Shown here in pieces: positions 25,301 to 40,300 of a stretch of DNA of 63,966 nucleotides. Origin of the DNA: Chiloscyllium plagiosum (taxonomy: Eukaryota); contig NC_057718.1 in the NCBI RefSeq assembly GCF_004010195.1, forward strand, positions 54,717,864 through 54,781,829, written 5' to 3'. The notes below the pieces were generated by a model. It did no database searches. It had not been told where the DNA came from and saw only the letters and a list, made by a program, of their open reading frames with translations. Position numbers and translations under genes: made by a program. Position 1 is the first letter of the stretch. Every line of letters starts with the position of its first letter.

Positions 25301-28300
25301 CAAGCTAATATGCCTGAAAACAGCAAAGTAATTTACCTTTGGAATATATTCATCCCAATCTATGTACCCAATGTTATCCATAGCCAAGCGTGCAAACAGG
25401 TTTACCAGATTCTATCAACAGAAAACAAATCTTCAAGTTCCAATGCATTAACTTTATGAACAAGTAAATATCAATTTAGAAAAATCTCCTTAAAATTATT
25501 GAACATTTACTCTATTATCAGAAAGCATACAATTAGAGCTTTTTTTAAAAAAATTTCATTCAGGGGATGAAAGATTTACTGATCAGGTAGATTTATTGCC
25601 CATCTATATTTCTCGAGAAGGTGGCGGCTAGCTGCCTTCTTAGAGCCACTGCAGTCCATTTGGCATGCAAAATAGTCTCAGACTAATCTCTTTGTTAGGC
25701 TAATCTGGTGCCAATCCTGGCATGTCCTCTTGCACTCTTCACTGAACCAGGGTTCACCCCCAGTTCTGAAGGATCACTGGACCCAAAACATTGACTCTGC
25801 TTTCTCTCCACAGATGCTGCCTTATCTGCTGTTTTTGAGCACTCGGCTCGATGGTAATGGTAGAGTTGGGATTAGGCCACAAGGTTACAGTTTGAGTGGG
25901 GAGTAAAATTTCACTAACCCTTAGTCCACACACAGTCTCATGGATGCCCAATTGAATTTGCAACACGTGTTTGAAATCTCTCTCATTTAGCATGGTGGTA
26001 GTGCCACATAACATAATGGAGGGTATTCATAAGAATCACAGATGGTACTGATACTGTTATGGACAGATGCATTTACAGCAGATAGATTGGTACGGATGAG
26101 GTCAATTATATTTTTCCCTCATTATTCTTTCAAATATTGTTGTAGACCAAATGTAGCAACTTTATCTTTAGGTCTTGACCATCTTGGTCAGTAATGGTGC
26201 TGTCAGATCATTCTTTGTAATGAACATCAATGCCCCACCAAGAGCACATTCTGCACCCTAGCAATCCTCAGAGCTTCCTCCAAGTGGTGTTCAATATGAA
26301 CATGCACCAAATTATCAGCTGAGGTAGGGACAGCAGTCAGTAGCAGTTAAGGTTTTCTTGCCCATGTTTGATCTGATGTCACCACAATACACAGGGTCTG
26401 AAATCAATAGACGATTCCTAGAGCAATTCCATCCTGACAGGATACTATTATGCCGCCATCTGTCCTGCCAAGATTTTTTAGATAGCGGTGTCTAGGAAAC
26501 TGTCTGCAAAGTATGATTCAGTATGGTTGTCAGGCTGTTCCTTAACTGTCTGAGAGACAGCTCTTCCAAGACAACTATGCAGGGTGAACACAGCCAAACG
26601 TGCAACTGTCATTTTTTTTAAATGGAAGGATTAACAGCTTGATATGACCAAGTGGCTTACTAGGCCATTTCAGAGGGCAGTTAAGAATCTATCACACATA
26701 GAGTCACACATAGGTCAGACCAGATAAGGACAACAATGGTTTCCTCCCTTAAAAATCCAGTTTTTTAAAATTCAAATTCCATACCTGCACAAGTGGATTT
26801 GAACCTATGTGCCTAGTGTCTCTGGATTACCAATCCACCTTAATATCACTATGCCATCATCTCTCATGAATCCGACTTGGGCACTTTTAGAAAATTTAAG
26901 CAAATAAAAAGTACACTGAACTCAATAACTACAGCTTTTGGAACTATAATGCTTTCATCACATGGATGATCCCAAAAACATCAACTCTAATGACATGCTC
27001 CATAAAATGACTCTGTAGGAAGGATATTATTTGTAGGAAGGTTCAGAAAACGTTTATCAGTATGCTGCCGTGTATGGAAGGTTTGAATTATAAGGAAAGA
27101 CTGGATAGGCTGCACGTTTTTCACTGGAGCAGAGGAGATTGAGAGGCGACCCGAAAGAAGTTTATAAAAGAGAGGTATAGACAAAGTTAATGGTAATTGT
27201 CTTTTCTCTCGGATCGGAGATTTCAAGTCTAGGGGGCACATTTTAAGGTGAGGGGAGAGATTTAAAGATGACATATGGGGCAAATCTTTTCCACAGAAGG
27301 TGGTTTGTGTGGCATGAACTTCCTGAGGAAGTGGTGAATGTGGGTACAATTATAACACTTGGTCAAATACAATATGAGAGATTTGGAGGGACATGGGCCA
27401 GGAGTAGGCAGGTGGGACTAGTTTTAGCTTGGGATTAGGAATGGCATGGGCTAGATTATCAAGCTGTATGAATCCATTACTCTAAGCTTAAATTCATCTG
27501 TAACAATTCAAACCTTTCATTTGTAGAAGTCCAAACAAAAACTGCTTTACAACGATGCTAGTAATTTGAATACTATGTGCTGCAACACTAGAGAAGGTTA
27601 CTGAGATCAGATGGAGCGAGGCCATGGAGAGATTTGAACAATCTTGGGAATTTTAATTTTTGAATCTCTGGTAAACAAGGAATAAGTCAATAGGTTCCAT
27701 GTACACCTTGGTGCTGGGATAGGAAACAACATTTTAGATGAACAGATACCATCCAGAAGAGTTCTGCAATAGTCAAAGATTAGCAGTGATGTTTCTTGTC
27801 AGCTTATGGGATAAGGTAGAGGTGGATGGAGGTGAAGGGAATCAATCTTTGAGATGCAGAGGACACAGATTAACAGTAAAACAGAAAATTATGGAAATAT
27901 TCAATATCATCAGAGCGTGAAGCAAAGTTAACATTTTTGGATAATGGTAATTTTTAACTGTTTTCCTGAGATTTAGACTTGGATACTGTCAGCTAATCAA
28001 CATCTGCAGATGTCTTCAATAGACTCTCACTATTAGACAGGTGAGCTGTGACTCTATTGGGAGCTCTCCCATCAGAGTCAAAAGTTCCACTCCAGGAGGA
28101 CAAAACTTAAGGCCAAGATTACAGCCCAGTAAGACAGGAAGGCTCCATTGCCGAAGGTGCCATCTTTAAATTATATAATAAACAGAAGCCCTCTGCTTCC
28201 TCAGCTGGTTAACCAAAATCCCATTCCATAATTCTGCAAAAGAAGGGGGAGGTTACTCCCAGTGGCCTGGTCATTACCTATCCATCAAATTAACCCTGAC

Positions 28301-31300
28301 AGTTTCTGGTTAGTATTGCATTGCTGTGATAGAGTTTGCCATGTGAATGTTACAAGACTACAGATTTAAAGCCCTTCATTGACCATCAAGCACTCTGCAG
28401 TCCTGAAACGCATATGCAGAGGAACCTCGAAAATCCAGCATTCAATTATCTGAATTGCAAGATCCTGATGCTTGGCTAAGCTATGTTATCCGGCATTAGA
28501 TTAACCAAACGAAATACTCCCCACCCGGTATCCTTCAAATAATTTCCTCTGTAAATGAGTGTCTTTTTTTTAAAAAAACAGTTCATGGAATGATTGGCTT
28601 ACCCCTTCCCATTGAGGGAGGTTTTGAACAGTGATGTAAAGGTGTATTAATTCATCAAACCAAAGCCTGCAGGAAATAAAAAAATTCAAAATACATTATT
28701 GAAAACAGATCAGCAATTGCAACATCAATAAACAATGACTGCCTTTGAGTTAAGATACATGTAGATTTCTGTACATTTCCATTCAATGAGCTGATCTCCT
28801 GCAATTGATCACATGGGGTGAAAAGAGCAAGTGTAGTCGTTAAGTGACAGAGGTTTGAGGGCAGGAAATATTTGAACTAAGGACAACTGAAGAAACTAAG
28901 CTCCCATTTTAAAGTGATATTCTATATTTCTATAGTAAACTGTTTTCATTTTTACAATGCAAAGTACTTCAATAAAACAAGCACAATGCAAGTTCACTCT
29001 TTCATAGTGAAACATGACTGTGGCTCTACCAAGATGATGCCAGCACCAATGTTAAATAGACAGATTTTATTGCAAACAGCACAAAAAGTTGATAAATGTG
29101 TAGTAAATGAATTTTGAATGCATTAAATTAGTTTTCCATAGGGTTGCTATCAAATTGAAGAATGTGAAGATATACCATTTCTCATTATATCTCCATCTCT
29201 GTTTCTCTCTGCTTCAACCATCAACTCCATTCTTGGATTCTGCTCTGCAGCACTGAGTATTAACAGTTTCTCTTGCACTGAGTCCTAAATCACTTGAAAT
29301 TAATCTGTGTCACTTCATTCTCTGTTCTATTACGAGTAACGTTTTTTAATCATCAAATTTCATCCCAAAATAACATTACATACTTTCCAACAATTCATTT
29401 CATTTTATTTTGTCCTAATCATTATTAAACTTTATGATCTCAAACCATGAAATATGATGCTTTTAAAATTTGTGAACTACCTCCAAGGATCTCATATCGT
29501 CTGTATATTCTTCCAGAGTTACTGTAGATTTTTATGTCTAGTCAACTTTTGAAGCTTCAAAAATCCTATCAAAAATGGAGGCTGACTTACATTCAAAACA
29601 AAGCAGTAAATCACCAGATGAATGTGGGTGCTCACGATCTCTCAGATTTGCCATGCAGGAGGTATCGGCCGTGTGTGTCTTAACCTATTGTGCATCTTTG
29701 TAACACAGCCTGCTTTACCTGTTTGATCCTTTGCACCTACCTATAACATGTAGGAGGTTGACTATAAGTACAGTATGTCACAGCATGCAAGTACGTATGA
29801 GTCGGGGGGAGAAGAGTTGCAGGGAATCAACTTATAAACCAAGATATGCTGCTTGTGGCTGATAAAACTCGACTGTCTTACACACCATAATACACAATAC
29901 TTTTTTTTTAAAATGTTAGAACAACATTCAGTTAAATCCTCAGTTGAAATAGCGTCCGCATTCTCGAACAGCGGCGCTTTAAAGTGAACCCAAGGTTCTC
30001 AAAAGAATTCAATATTAAAACTGGACTTCAGTCCCTTTGGACATTTCTTGACCAGAATACCCAATGTACAAGTTACAGCACTGTTCTAAACAGATGCAAT
30101 ACTGTGTATTCACAGCTGAAATAACTTCCTAAACAAACAATAAATAGGAAATAAATACTGCAACGTTAGGAATTTTAGTACTATTTTCAGCTAAGAAAAG
30201 TATGTTAAAATGCTATATATTTCAAAATACTTATATTCAAATAAAAACAATTTTGAATAAAGAAACAATTTACAGTTAATGCTCGAATTAGTCAGCAGTT
30301 TTAAATTGACCCCATCTGGTGACAGATGTTGATTATGCAGGTAGCAGCTGAAGTTGCAAAACAATTGACACCAATTAACTTTTCCACTAGATAGAGCGGC
30401 ACGGTGGCACAGTGGTAAGCACTACTGCCTCACAGCGCCAGAGACCCAGGTTCAATTCCCGCCTCAGGCGACTGACTGTGTGGACTGTTTCCTCCCACAG
30501 TCCAAAAATGTGCAGGTTAGGTGAATTGGCCATGCTAAATTGCCCACAGTGTTAGGTGAAGGGGTAAATGTAGTGGAATTGGTCTGGGTGGGTTGCGCTT
30601 CGGCGGGTCGGTGTGGACTTGTTGGGCCAAAGGGCCTGTTCCCACACTGTAAGTAATCTAAACTTCAATCAAAGTTTTTTGTCCTCATGATTCCATTAAC
30701 GTTAAATGATTAGGAGATGGGGAGTGGCAGGATTTGAAACACTGCAGAAAAGGGAAATGTTCACTTTGCAGGTTACAGAATAGCAAGTCTGTGACAAATT
30801 AGGTTCAAGTAAAACTTGCAAACTTTAAATGGATATATTGAGATTATTTTATTAAGAGTGTTAAATTGAAATGATGTTGCTTGGCAATGCTAAACAGAAG
30901 CTCATTGTATACTGACATGGCATTTCATATCTGACTTTTTCACCCATTCCATCTCCTTATAGATTCTTGCAGCTGGAAGGGCTGCTCAAAATAATGGATT
31001 TATGAAAATGGACAATAAATGAGGCAGGCTGGGAACTTGAGACAAGCCTTGATCAAAGTGACTATGCTAATAAACATGCTGCAGAATCCAGACAGGTTGC
31101 AGCTACAGACACACAGTATCCAACTGACCCAGCAGCTGTAGACAATACAACTTCCCATGCCATGCCCAGGACAATCACAAACACAGGGGCACCTCACACC
31201 TTTATTTGCAGAGGGCTACTTGACCTATGTGCACCCAATGCCTCCAGAAATGGATGCTTAAGGACCATCCTGCCATCGACAAGTCAAGGCCTGTTTGGGT

Positions 31301-34300
31301 CCTGATTGATCTATTGGAGGATATTAAAGACCCTGCTAAAAGGGCTGGAACAACTACTAAGTATAAGAGCTGCAACACCACCCTCAGAGGCAGTAATTCA
31401 AGACCAATCACTGAAGACACCCCTGAGACCACCAGGAGAAGACAACCAGACAATCATCACCACATGGATCAAAGCCAAGATTGAGTGTGGTGGTACACGA
31501 TCATCCAAAGTTAAAGCACAAGATAGTTGATTAGATTTATAGTGTAAATTGTCAGTTTGTAGTGTATTTTGTTGGAATAGTATTAATTGCGGTTAATAAA
31601 CATTATTGTTTATTATTATTCCTTTACTAGATATAAGAGTTAAACACACTGTGTGGTAGGCACAACATCTGTAACCTTGAGTTATTTAGTGACTATTATT
31701 GCATGATCTGTAAACTTAGCCCATTTAGCCAGACATCAAACTTATCATAAAGTGAACCTGAGATTCCAGAATAGAACCTTGTTGGATATTATTGATCATA
31801 GAGTCAAACAGCATGGAAACAAGCCCTTTGGTCCAACTCATTCACACTAACCAGACTTCCCAAACTGATCTAGTCCTATTTGCCAGCATTTGGTCCATAT
31901 CCCTCTAAATCCTTTGTATTCACTTACCTGTCCAGATGCCTTTTAAATTTTGTAATTGTACCAGCCTCTGGCAGTTCATTCCATACATGCACCATTCTCT
32001 GCATGAAAAAATTGCCCCTTAGATCTCATTTAAACCTTTCCGCCAACTTAAACCTAGGCCTGTAATTTTGGATGCCCCCACCCTAGGGAAAAGATCTTTG
32101 CTATTCACCCTATTCATGCCGTTCATGATTTTATAAACCTCTACAAGGTCACTCCTCAGCCTCCAACGCACCAGGGAAAAAAGCCCCAGCCTATTCAGCC
32201 TCTCCCTGTAGCTCAAACCCTCCAATCCTGGCAACATTCTTGAAAAGATTCAGAAAAGATGTGCAAGTTTCACAACATCCTTCCTATAAGAAGAACAATC
32301 AGAATTGTAAGCAATATTCTAAAAGTGGCAGCATGACATCCCAACTCCTTTGCTCAATGTATTGAACAATGAAAGCAAGCGTGTCAAATGTCTTCTTCAG
32401 CACCCTATCTCCTTGCGATTCCACTTTCAAGGAATTATGCAGCTGCACCCCAGGTCTGTTTTGCAACACTGCCTAGGACCCTACCCTTAAGTGTGTCAGT
32501 CTTGCCCTGGTTTGCCTTATCAAAATCCAACACCTCACTTTTATCTAAATTAAACTCCACCTGCCACTCCTCAGCCCATCTGATTAAGGTCCTGTTGTAC
32601 TTGGAGAAAATCTTCTTCACTGACCATTACACTTTCCAATCTAATTTGGTGTCATCTGCAAATTTACTAACATGCTTCCTTCATTCACATCCAAAACATG
32701 TGGACATGCTGTTGCTTTCTGCAAAAAAAAAATACTTCCAACTTTGAGAAAATAAGCTTAACTTCTCACCCTTCCTCACTTCTATTATTAAAGAAAATTT
32801 ATTTTCTTCCTTCAATTCTATATCCCATCAGTGGCTCCAATTGTTTTTATCGTGAGAAACCTTATCAAAGGCTTTCCAAAGATTCATGGCTACATTTCCC
32901 ACATCCACAATATCATCAAGAATTCTATTAAACTTATCATCTGCAATCATCTTTTCTGAAATTTATATCTGCTGCTTCAATACAATTTTTAAACAAAGGT
33001 TATCAATGTTGGTTAGTCCATCATTGGAAAGTGATAGACAAAAATATCTGTACTTATCGAACAAAAATGAACAAATTTGGATTGAATTACAATTGCCTGT
33101 GCACCTCCAGTCACTTTAAAAGAGAGTCTGAATACAGAGGTCCAAGAAATTAATCTTTTAGAGCTTGAGAATGCTGTACAAAAGAGGGAGAGAAACCAGG
33201 GAAGGAAAAATAAAACCTAAAAGCAGTATACTAAAAGATCTGCATACTCACCTGAATCCTTTATGATGCAGATGAGGAGGGAGTGTGGTAGGAAGAAACA
33301 TTTCAAAATAGCTGACTGCTTTCTGCATAGTAACATCAAAAGGACACATCAATGGCTTCCATTCATCTAACATCTCTGCTGTAGCTTCATCTGGAAAATA
33401 CCTGAATAAACAAGAAGTTTAGTTACAAAAATCCATTCCTAACACAATATCATGAACAGTACTCCTCACACAATTTAAAATATTTTATAATGTTCAAAGC
33501 CAGACGCTACTTCGCAATAGAGCTTAATCTGTCCCTTAATAATTGTTCATAGCAGCTTCAAAAAGCTGCAGAATTCAGATAAACAAAAGAATGCTTTTTT
33601 AAAAAAATCCACTGTCCATTTGACAGAAAGAATATGAATAGTTGAAATCAATTAGTTGGAAAATAAATACATATATACTCATCTGGGAGTTAATAATTCA
33701 TGAATATTTACTTTGCCTAAATAAGTCATCAATTTCTTCAGAACAATCTTTACCAAATGTTTGTTTTTGTACATTTGGAACTAGGATAATCTCGCTTACA
33801 CAATCAACTTCTTGCCTCTAGTAGCATTTGTCTAGTATCACAGCTTTCTACACTACCCAACATTTCACATCCAGTAAATTCAAACAAGAACTTTATTGTA
33901 CTCATGCAAAAAACATAAAAAGCAAATGTTATGTTGATTTTCATTGCAGTAGGTGTGAGTACAGGAGTAAAGATGTCATACCATGAGACTTTGGTGAGAT
34001 TACATTGGAAATATAGTGTGCAACTTTAGTCTCCATATTTGAGTGGTAGATTCACATTGGAAACAGTGCAAAGAAGGTTCACTAGGTTGGTCCTAGAACT
34101 GAGAGGATTGTCCTAAGTGAGAGGCTGTGTAAACATGCCTGTGTTCTCTGGACTTGAGGATCAAGAATTGATATCATTGAAACACAAGATTCTGAAGGAG
34201 CTTGATATGGTAGAGGCTGAGAGATTGTTTCCACTCGTCAAGAAATTTAAAACACATAGGCAGAGTCGCCCAACAAGGGCTGATAAGTTTGAGATCAGGA

Positions 34301-37300
34301 GAAATTACTTCACTTGATGATTATGATTTTTAAAAATCTTTTCTTAGCAGGTCAGCATCAATTGCCCGTGTGTAATTGCCCTTGAGAAGGTGAAACACCC
34401 TCTCTAACCAGTACTGACCTTGATGTATAGATATTCTCAAAGTGCTGTTCAAATTGAAGCACAGGATTTTAGCCTTACAATAGCAAAAAGCAGTGACATA
34501 GTTCAAAGTTAGAATAGTGTGTGTCTTGGTGGGAAACTTGCAAGTGATGGTGTTTCTGTGCAACTGCTCTCCTTGTCCTTCTAGGTTGCAAAATATGTTG
34601 GAATGTATTATTGAAGGAGCTTAACTGAGTTACAGCAGGAAGTTGTGTAGCTCGGTCCAGTTCAGCTTCTGCTGAACCTTTAAAAAGTCTATTGCGGAGG
34701 ATTCGGTGATGGTAAAGCTATTGAATGTAAAAGGGACATGGTTAAATCCTCTCTTTTCTAAGACAGTCATTGTCTAGCATTTCTGATGCAAATGGTAATT
34801 GCCACTTATCAACACAAGCCTGTATGTTGCCCTTGTCTTGTCATACATGGACACGGACTATTGTGCATCTCAGCAGTTGTGAACTGCACAATCAGCAGCA
34901 AATAACGCCCACCCCTTCTCAACAGAAAGTGGTTGAGCCTTAGGCACTCTCCTGAGAAACAGTAATATACTAGGATTGAGTGACTGACCAACAATAACTA
35001 AATGATCTTCCTACATGTTAGATATAACTAACCTGCAGATAGATTAACCCACCCTTCTCCTTCAATTCGCATTGATCTCAGCTTTATTAGAGCTTCTGAA
35101 TATTATATTGGATTAACTGCTGCGACACACACTTCACCTTTGGAGTTCCATTCTATGGTCCATGTTTGGATCAAGACTGTTGAGAGGGGTCAGGTGGCCC
35201 TTCCAGAATCCAAAATCGAGCAAACAAGTTAATGCTAAGCAATTGCCTATTGATAGCACTGTCAGCCCTCCACTCACTTTGCTATTCTTTGGCATACTCA
35301 ACCGCATAAAGTTGTGGGGGTTCCATCATTGATGAAATTCCAGGCTGAGACACAGGTATTTGGTCTCTCAGGGAATCAAGGGATACAGGGTGTCGGCAGG
35401 AAAGTGAAGCTGAAGTCCAAGACCTGCTATAATCGTACTGAATAGCAGAACAGTCTTTAGGTGCTGTACAGGCTACTCCTGCTCTATCGTTTGCTCTTGT
35501 AGTGTGGTAAGAATAAGATGATAGGATGGTAATATAAACAACTATTACTTCAAACATTACTAATATCAATATCTAAAGGTGTAAGCTCAGATGCATCAAT
35601 ATTGGGATATTGTCAAAAGAAATGGTGAAATGGAACTGGCACTATTAGTGATAACCAAATAGAAGTCCAACCATAGACATAAGCTGTTTGGAGTACAGTC
35701 GGTTCTGCTTTAATGTGTGCTTCTTCAACATGAATTGGCTTTAACATGTTTGAAGAATTTAGACTTATTTGTTGAATGCAAACGTTACTTACATGTATTG
35801 GCTATAATGCGATTCCAACCCCATTAGTTTAAATGGCACAGCTAGTGCACGATTTTCTTATTGCGCAAGAACGGAACTATCGCGTTATATCAGAACCAAC
35901 CGAATGCCTCAGCTTTACCTCTCCAGAAAACAGACAGATAGTCAAACATTCACTCATATCAATGATTGGTGGAATAATCGTACCAACTCTACCAAAGTGC
36001 ACTGAGCAAGGTATTATGCCTCAGCAGAGAACCCCAGCTCAGGTCATTCTATTGTGTAACAAGTGTGCATGGCTGTACCATTAAGATCACAGTTCCTCAC
36101 TTTGGTTTCTCTGCACCTGAAATGTTCTGTATTCTACCCTGTCAAAAAATTTATTAACTGTAAATACCTCAATTTGATCACCACTAATAATCAAAGAAAT
36201 GTAAGACACATTTATACATAATGTCCTCATAATTTATGCATTCAAGCCATGATATTGTTCTACTGCATTTGCGCTCATATCACATAAGGAAAATATACAG
36301 ACAAAAATTAACCTAGCACATCTTGTTCCAGCACCCAAATTAGTCTGGCATATTCTGCAATTGCAAACCCACCAGTACTTTCAGTTTTCTGAAGAACTCG
36401 CAGCAATTTCAGTTTTTTTGGAATTTTAATGACAAGGTAAATAGAACGTCTATATTTCCTAAAATAACTGGCTTTTTGTCTCATTTTATGTTACACCGTA
36501 CTTTTAAAAACTCCTGTGCTGACCCTGACTGATGACCTCCTATGGTCTGGCAAAGGCCTGTTAGAGGCTGCCAGATTAAAAGGTACAACCTGTATACTAA
36601 GGAATCATGGTTAATACTAATTGCAGTTCTCCAGGTGATTAATGGTCAATGCTCTATAGAAACATCAGGTCTACACTTTATCTATTTGAGATAAAGGCCA
36701 ACAATGCCTTTGTATTTTTGATAACTTTTTGACCTGCACAATAACTCTTATTGTTGTGTACAAGCATATCTAAATTACTTTGTTCTTTACTATCTTTACT
36801 ATCTCTCAGTTTAAAAAAACTTCCATTTATCCTTACTTGATCGAATTGGCTAACTTAATGACAAACTTCAGCTGCCATACTTATCCCACGATTTATCTTT
36901 ATAGTTTTGACTTTTTCTGCTACATCTATACAAATTGAGATTCCTAACTTAGTAACATTTGCAAACATGCATGTACAATTCACGTTTTATGGAGTATAGG
37001 AACATATACTTTTAGCCCTCAAATTAGAAACTAAACTCTTTACTGTCTGCTTTCTATCCCTTGGGAAATTTCTAGCCAGTGAGAAAGTTCCCTCCATCTT
37101 AGTGCACTCTTATTTTGCTAGTCTCTTTCATGAACTTAGCAAATGCTTTCTGAAACTCCAAATGAATACTATTCATGAATATCCCCTATTCAATATACCA
37201 GTGACCTTCTTAAATAGTCCAGCTACATTAGTCACTCGTCAGATTAATTCATTTCATTCCAAGTAAAGCCTGATTAAGTGCTCAATCTCTTTAATGTGAA

Positions 37301-40300
37301 GACAGATTAGAGTAACTTTGCCATACTGAGGTATACTATTAATATCTTGCCAAACAAGTTAGTATGCCTAATTCAAGTGGAAAATTATTTGGTAAAAAGA
37401 ATATGGAAAGACGGTACAAAGTAAAGGATACTTAATTACTCAGTTTAAAGACCAAAACAGATGGACTCCTGTGGTGCAGTCGTCGTGCCCCTGCCTCTAG
37501 TTCACAAGACCTAGTTTTAAGTTACACCTGCCCCCAGAGTGTCTCCCCAAACAGCTCGATTAAAACTAAATGCAAACTAAAAGAGCTGAAAGGCAATTAC
37601 GATGCGCAGCAAATATTGTCCTAGCCTATGGGGAAATACCAAACGAGTATTTTGCATCAGTATTTACTGTGGAGAAGGACATGGAAGATATAGAATGTGG
37701 GGAAATAGATGGTGACATCCTGAAAAATGTCCATACTTTAGAGGTGGTGGTGCTGGCCAGGATCTAATCGGGTGCATCCAAGAATTCTGTGGGAAGCAAT
37801 GGAAGTGATTGCTGGGCTCCCTGCTGAGATATTTGTAACATCAATAGTCACAGGTGAGGTGCAGGAAGACTGGAAGTTGGCTAATGTGATGCTACTATTT
37901 AAGAAAGATTGTAAGTAAAATACATTTAATGGTTAGGCCCTGGGAAACGTTGCTTAACAAAGAGACCTTGCGATACAGGTTTACAGTCCCTTGAAAGTGG
38001 AGTCACAGGTAGATAGGATAGTGGAGGCGACGTTTAGTATGTCTTCCTTTATTGGTCAGACTATTGAGTACAGGAGTTGGGAGGTCATTTTGCCTCTTTT
38101 GGAATATTGCGCGCAATTCTGGTCTCCCTTCTATCAAAGAGATGCTACGAAACTTTAAAGGGTTCAGAAAATATTTAAAAGGATGTTGCCATGGTTGGAA
38201 GATTTGAGCTATAGGAAGAGGCTGAATAGAATGAGACTATTTTTCCTGGAGCATTGGAGGCTGAGGGGTGACCTTTTGGAGGTTTATAAAATCATGAAGG
38301 GCTTGGATAGGATAAATAGACAAGAGTCCAGAACTAGAGGGCATAGAGGGTAAATGGGACTAGATTAGGTTAGGAAATCTGGTTGGCATGGATGGGTTGG
38401 ACTGAAGGGTCTGTTTCCGTGCCGCACATCTCTATATGACTCTATGCTGGCAAATTTTCACATCCCAAGAAGGAAACAACTGACCTTTTACAAAGTCAGC
38501 CTGCATTTTCCAGCAAAGTTAATATCTATAATGAATCATTACGTTCAACACAAAACAATCAATTCAGTAGATATTCTGATCAATGAAAAAAGTGGTCTGA
38601 AGCAGAACAGGGGTGATGGGGAAACAGCTGAATTAAGTCACGAATGGGAAACAATGAATGCATTAAGGCAGTGAAGGATCATAGAGAATTCAGGAAGGGA
38701 TAAACATCCTGAAGTCAGGAAATATTTGTGCTATTTCACAAACCAAACTGCTGAAATTTGATACTTCATAAACTAACAGGACTGTAAATGTTTGAACATG
38801 AACATTCACAGAGAACCCAATAGCTCGCATTGGATACATTTTCCATTGCATTGGAATCTCTCTTATCCACTTGATTGAGATGCTGCCTAGAGTAAGGGGG
38901 ATAAAAGCTGTGTCAAGAACGCATATTCAGTATGCAATTTTACTTCAAAACAGTATATGGAAGGTAACTCTTAAGCCAGCTGCAGAAAATGACCACAAAT
39001 TATGAGAAATAATAGTAGGTCATTTGCCCCTTCAAGATGACTGCAGCACGATCTTCGATCTCAGCTCCATATTCAAGCATTAGTATTGCATCTCGTGATT
39101 CCTTTGCAGAATCACCGAATTTCACAATGCAGGAGACTACTTAGCCGACTGTGTCTGCACTGACTAGCTCTCTGAATGAGCATGACTGAAATTTCTGTTG
39201 AAGCAACAAGTACAGTGGCATAGTGGAAATTGAAGAAGGTTATCTAAGATTACAGAGATATTGCTCAATTGCTCAAGGGGAGCTTAATTTGGATAAATGA
39301 GAGATATTGTATTTTAGTAATACAAGGTATTGATAAAACAAGGTCAGGACGTGTCCAATTCATGGCAGGGCTGAGTAGTTTTGTAGAATGGAAAGATCTA
39401 CAGGTTCAGGAACATTATTGTTTGAAATTTGCCTCATGGGTAGACAGGGTGGTTAAGGAGGCCTTAAACACACTTATGGGAGAAAGTGAACAGACCCTTC
39501 AGTCCAACTCGTCCATGACGACCAGATATCCCAAACCAATCTAGTCTCACCTGCCAGCACTCAGCCTATATCCCTTCAAACCCTTCCTATTCAGAAACCC
39601 ATCCAGATGCCTTTTAAATGTTGCAATTGTACTAGCCTCCACTACTTCCTCTGGCAGCTCATTCCACACATGTACCACCCTCTGCGTGAAAAAGTTGCCC
39701 CGGAGGTCTCTTTTATATCTTTCCCCACTCACCCTAAGCCTATGCCCTCTAGTCTGGACTCCCTCAACCCAGGGAAAAGATTTTGCCTATTTATCCTATC
39801 CATGCCCCTCATGATTTTATAAACCTCTATCAAAGTCACCCCTCAGCCTCCAACGCTCCAGGGAAAACAGCCCTACCCTATTCAACCTCTCCCTATAGCT
39901 CAAATCCTCCAACCCTGGCGACATCCTTGTAAATCTTTGTTGAAGCCTTTCAAGTTTCACAACATCTTTCCAATAGGAAGGAGACCAGAACTGCATGCAA
40001 TATTCCAATACTGGCCTAACCAATGTTCTGTAGAGCCACAACATGACCTCCCAACTCCTGTACTCAATACACTGACCAATAAAGGAAAGCATACCAAACA
40101 CCGCCTTCATTATCCTATCGACCTGCGACTCCACTTTCAAGGAGCTATGAACCTGCACTCCAAGATCTCTTTGTTCAGCAACACTCCCTACGACCTTATC
40201 ATTAAGTCCTGCTAAGATTTGCTTTCCCAAAATGCAGCACCTCGCATTTATCTAAATTAAATTCCATCTGCCACATCTCAGCTCATTGGCCCATCTGGTC

